From an archaeon (GTDB lineage: Archaea > Iainarchaeota > Iainarchaeia > Iainarchaeales > 1-14-0-10-31-34): a stretch of 17,060 nt of DNA. Every line of letters begins with the position of its first letter. Position 1 is the first letter of the stretch. The stretch is taken from positions 1-17,060 of the forward strand of contig JBDRFE010000005.1 of the NCBI GenBank assembly GCA_043819075.1. Reading direction: 5' to 3'. The position numbers and the translations under genes are program-made. This document shows, piece by piece, positions 15,818-17,060 of this stretch. The notes under the pieces were generated by a model. It made no database searches. It saw nothing but the letters and a program-made list of their open reading frames with translations, and was not told the DNA's origin.

Positions 15818-16837
15818 ATGGCAAGAGTAAGATTGTATCAAAGAATAAGGTTTTTGAAGAACTCAGAGTTCCTGAAAAAATATGAAAAATACTTGGATGA
15901 AATTAACTTAAAAGTTGACCCTGTTTTATGGATTTTCCTTTCATTCCTTATTGCAGTAATTGTTGGAATTCTCACTTTCTTTATTTTACAGCTGTTTTCC
16001 CCTGTAACTGATTCAGTTCAAGTTGCATTAGGGGCACAAGACCCTCCTTTAACCGAGTCAATGATAATGCTTGTTTTTGTAATGTTTTTTGTTGCATGCG
16101 ATTTAATGATTGGTTATCCGTATATTAAAGGAATTCAAAGGATTAACAGCATTGAAAACGAATTGCCTGAAGCACTAAAGCAGATGGCAGACATTCTTAA
16201 AGCAGGAGGAACATACGAGTATGCTTTAAGGGAAATCAGCCACGCAGACTTTGGGCCATTAACAGATGAACTGGAAAACGTTTTAAGGAAATTAGAGGAA
16301 GGCGAAAACTTTGAGGACTCTCTTTCAACTTTATCTTATAACATTGATTCAAGGTTAGTGAAAAGAAGCGTTACAATAATAGTTGATTCAGTGAAAGCTG
16401 GAGCAGGATTAGCAAATGTATTAGAAGAAATAGCTGAAGACATCAGAGACACAAACAGGATTAATCACGAAAGAAGAAGCCAGACACTAATGCAGGTCTT
16501 GTTCATGGTTACAGCCGGAGCGATTGTAACGCCATTTATTTTTGGATTGGTTTCAACTATAGTTGGTTTTTTGATTTCAGCTTCATCTAACTTAAGCACG
16601 CTTTCAGAAGACGTAAGAAGAGAGGCAACAAGCTCAAAATATGCTTTATTGTATTTGCTGCAGATTTACATTTTTATTGAAATAACTGCTTCAAGCCTAA
16701 TGATTTCTTTGATGAGAGAAGGAAAGAAAAACAAAAGTATTATATATTTGCCAGTGCTCTTATTTATCGGTTACGTAATTTATTTTGTTTCACAGATAAT
16801 TTCAAAGAGTTTAATTTCAGGGATTGGAGGACTGTAA
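15818..16837 (+). CDS. Type II secretion system F-domain pilus platform protein (TadB/TadC-like), second copy
   Basis: 'IENELPEALKQMADILKAGG...DFGPLTDEL...LEEGENFEDSL...AGAGLANVLEEIAEDIR' plus TM helices; 3 bp after the preceding paralog. Confidence 0.88.
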   Translation: MARVRLYQRIRFLKNSEFLKKYEKYLDEINLKVDPVLWIFLSFLIAVIVGILTFFILQLFSPVTDSVQVALGAQDPPLTESMIMLVFVMFFVACDLMIGYPYIKGIQRINSIENELPEALKQMADILKAGGTYEYALREISHADFGPLTDELENVLRKLEEGENFEDSLSTLSYNIDSRLVKRSVTIIVDSVKAGAGLANVLEEIAEDIRDTNRINHERRSQTLMQVLFMVTAGAIVTPFIFGLVSTIVGFLISASSNLSTLSEDVRREATSSKYALLYLLQIYIFIEITASSLMISLMREGKKNKSIIYLPVLLFIGYVIYFVSQIISKSLISGIGGL

Positions 16838-16838
16838 A

Positions 16839-16979
16839 ATGGAAGAAAGAGCTCAGACATCAATTGAAACCCTTTTAATAATTGCTTCTGCTGTAGTGAT
16901 TGCTGTAGTGGTTGGAGCATTCTTAAAATCACTTGTAACAGGCCCAATAGCCCAGAAAACAGAAGAATTAGCAAACTAA
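16839..16979 (+). CDS. Small archaeal type IV pilin-like protein with class III signal peptide (46 aa; not in ORF track)
   Basis: Manual translation MEERA/QTSIETLLIIASAVVIAVVVGAFLKSLVTGPIAQKTEELAN*. It has the [KR][GA]-Q-x-S-x-E cleavage motif, then a hydrophobic helix. GGAGG at 16826-16830; starts 1 bp after the upstream stop. Confidence 0.88.
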   Translation: MEERAQTSIETLLIIASAVVIAVVVGAFLKSLVTGPIAQKTEELAN

Positions 16980-16980
16980 A

Positions 16981-16997
16981 AAGAAAACGTTTATAAA
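16981..16997 (+). promoter_or_regulatory. Archaeal BRE + TATA promoter for the gene starting at 17056
   Basis: Purine-rich AAGAAAA followed by CG and TTTATAAA (16990-16997), the best consensus match in the window. Confidence 0.6.
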
Positions 16998-17040
16998 TAA
17001 AAGTTGAGTTATTAAATAAACAATAAATTTTTTTTAAAAA

Positions 17041-17060
17041 AAGGAGGGAAATTTAATGGA
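17041..17060 (+). promoter_or_regulatory. Strong Shine-Dalgarno (AAGGAGGG) and start codon (ATG 17056) of a gene truncated by the window edge
   Basis: AAGGAGGG at 17041-17048, with 7 nt between it and ATG 17056-17058. Confidence 0.65.

Noticed and set aside
1080..16974. Antisense and alternative-frame ORFs in the track (e.g. 1080-1559, 4253-4573, 4580-4828, 7334-7672, 9654-10019, 11366-11854, 11909-12301, 15013-15336, 16780-16974)
   Set aside because: They overlap well-supported genes, have the Phe/Ser/Ile-rich composition expected from the reverse of Lys/Glu-rich codons, and show no recognisable motifs.
10086..16979. Locus as an archaellum (arlI/arlJ) or conjugative VirB11 system
   Set aside because: Two separate single-domain T2SS-F genes and a QxSxE pilin fit a pilus. 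No arlH/arlF/arlG, archaellin or VirB4 genes are visible.

Overview
AT-rich, gene-dense archaeal chromosomal window. The compact layout and gene content suggest a DPANN-type lineage, but that is inference. In order: a 5'-truncated CARDB-like membrane-anchored protein, a hypothetical membrane protein (-), RFC clamp-loader small subunit, a ~70-nt GC-rich three-hairpin element between two diverged copies of the rfcS 3' end, a small membrane protein, NreA PCNA-interacting repair protein (-), a thiamine salvage/uptake cluster (thiN-thiBPQ), a bacterial-type threonyl-tRNA synthetase, and a Tad/type IV pilus locus. The pilus ATPase is interrupted by two LAGLIDADG inteins: a Ser-start intein in the Asp box and an Ala-start KlbA-type class 2 intein in the His box. 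It is followed by two T2SS-F platform proteins, a 46-aa class III signal peptide mini-pilin missing from the ORF track, and a strong promoter plus Shine-Dalgarno (SD) site for a gene starting at the window edge. All calls come from reading motifs by eye; no searches were run.
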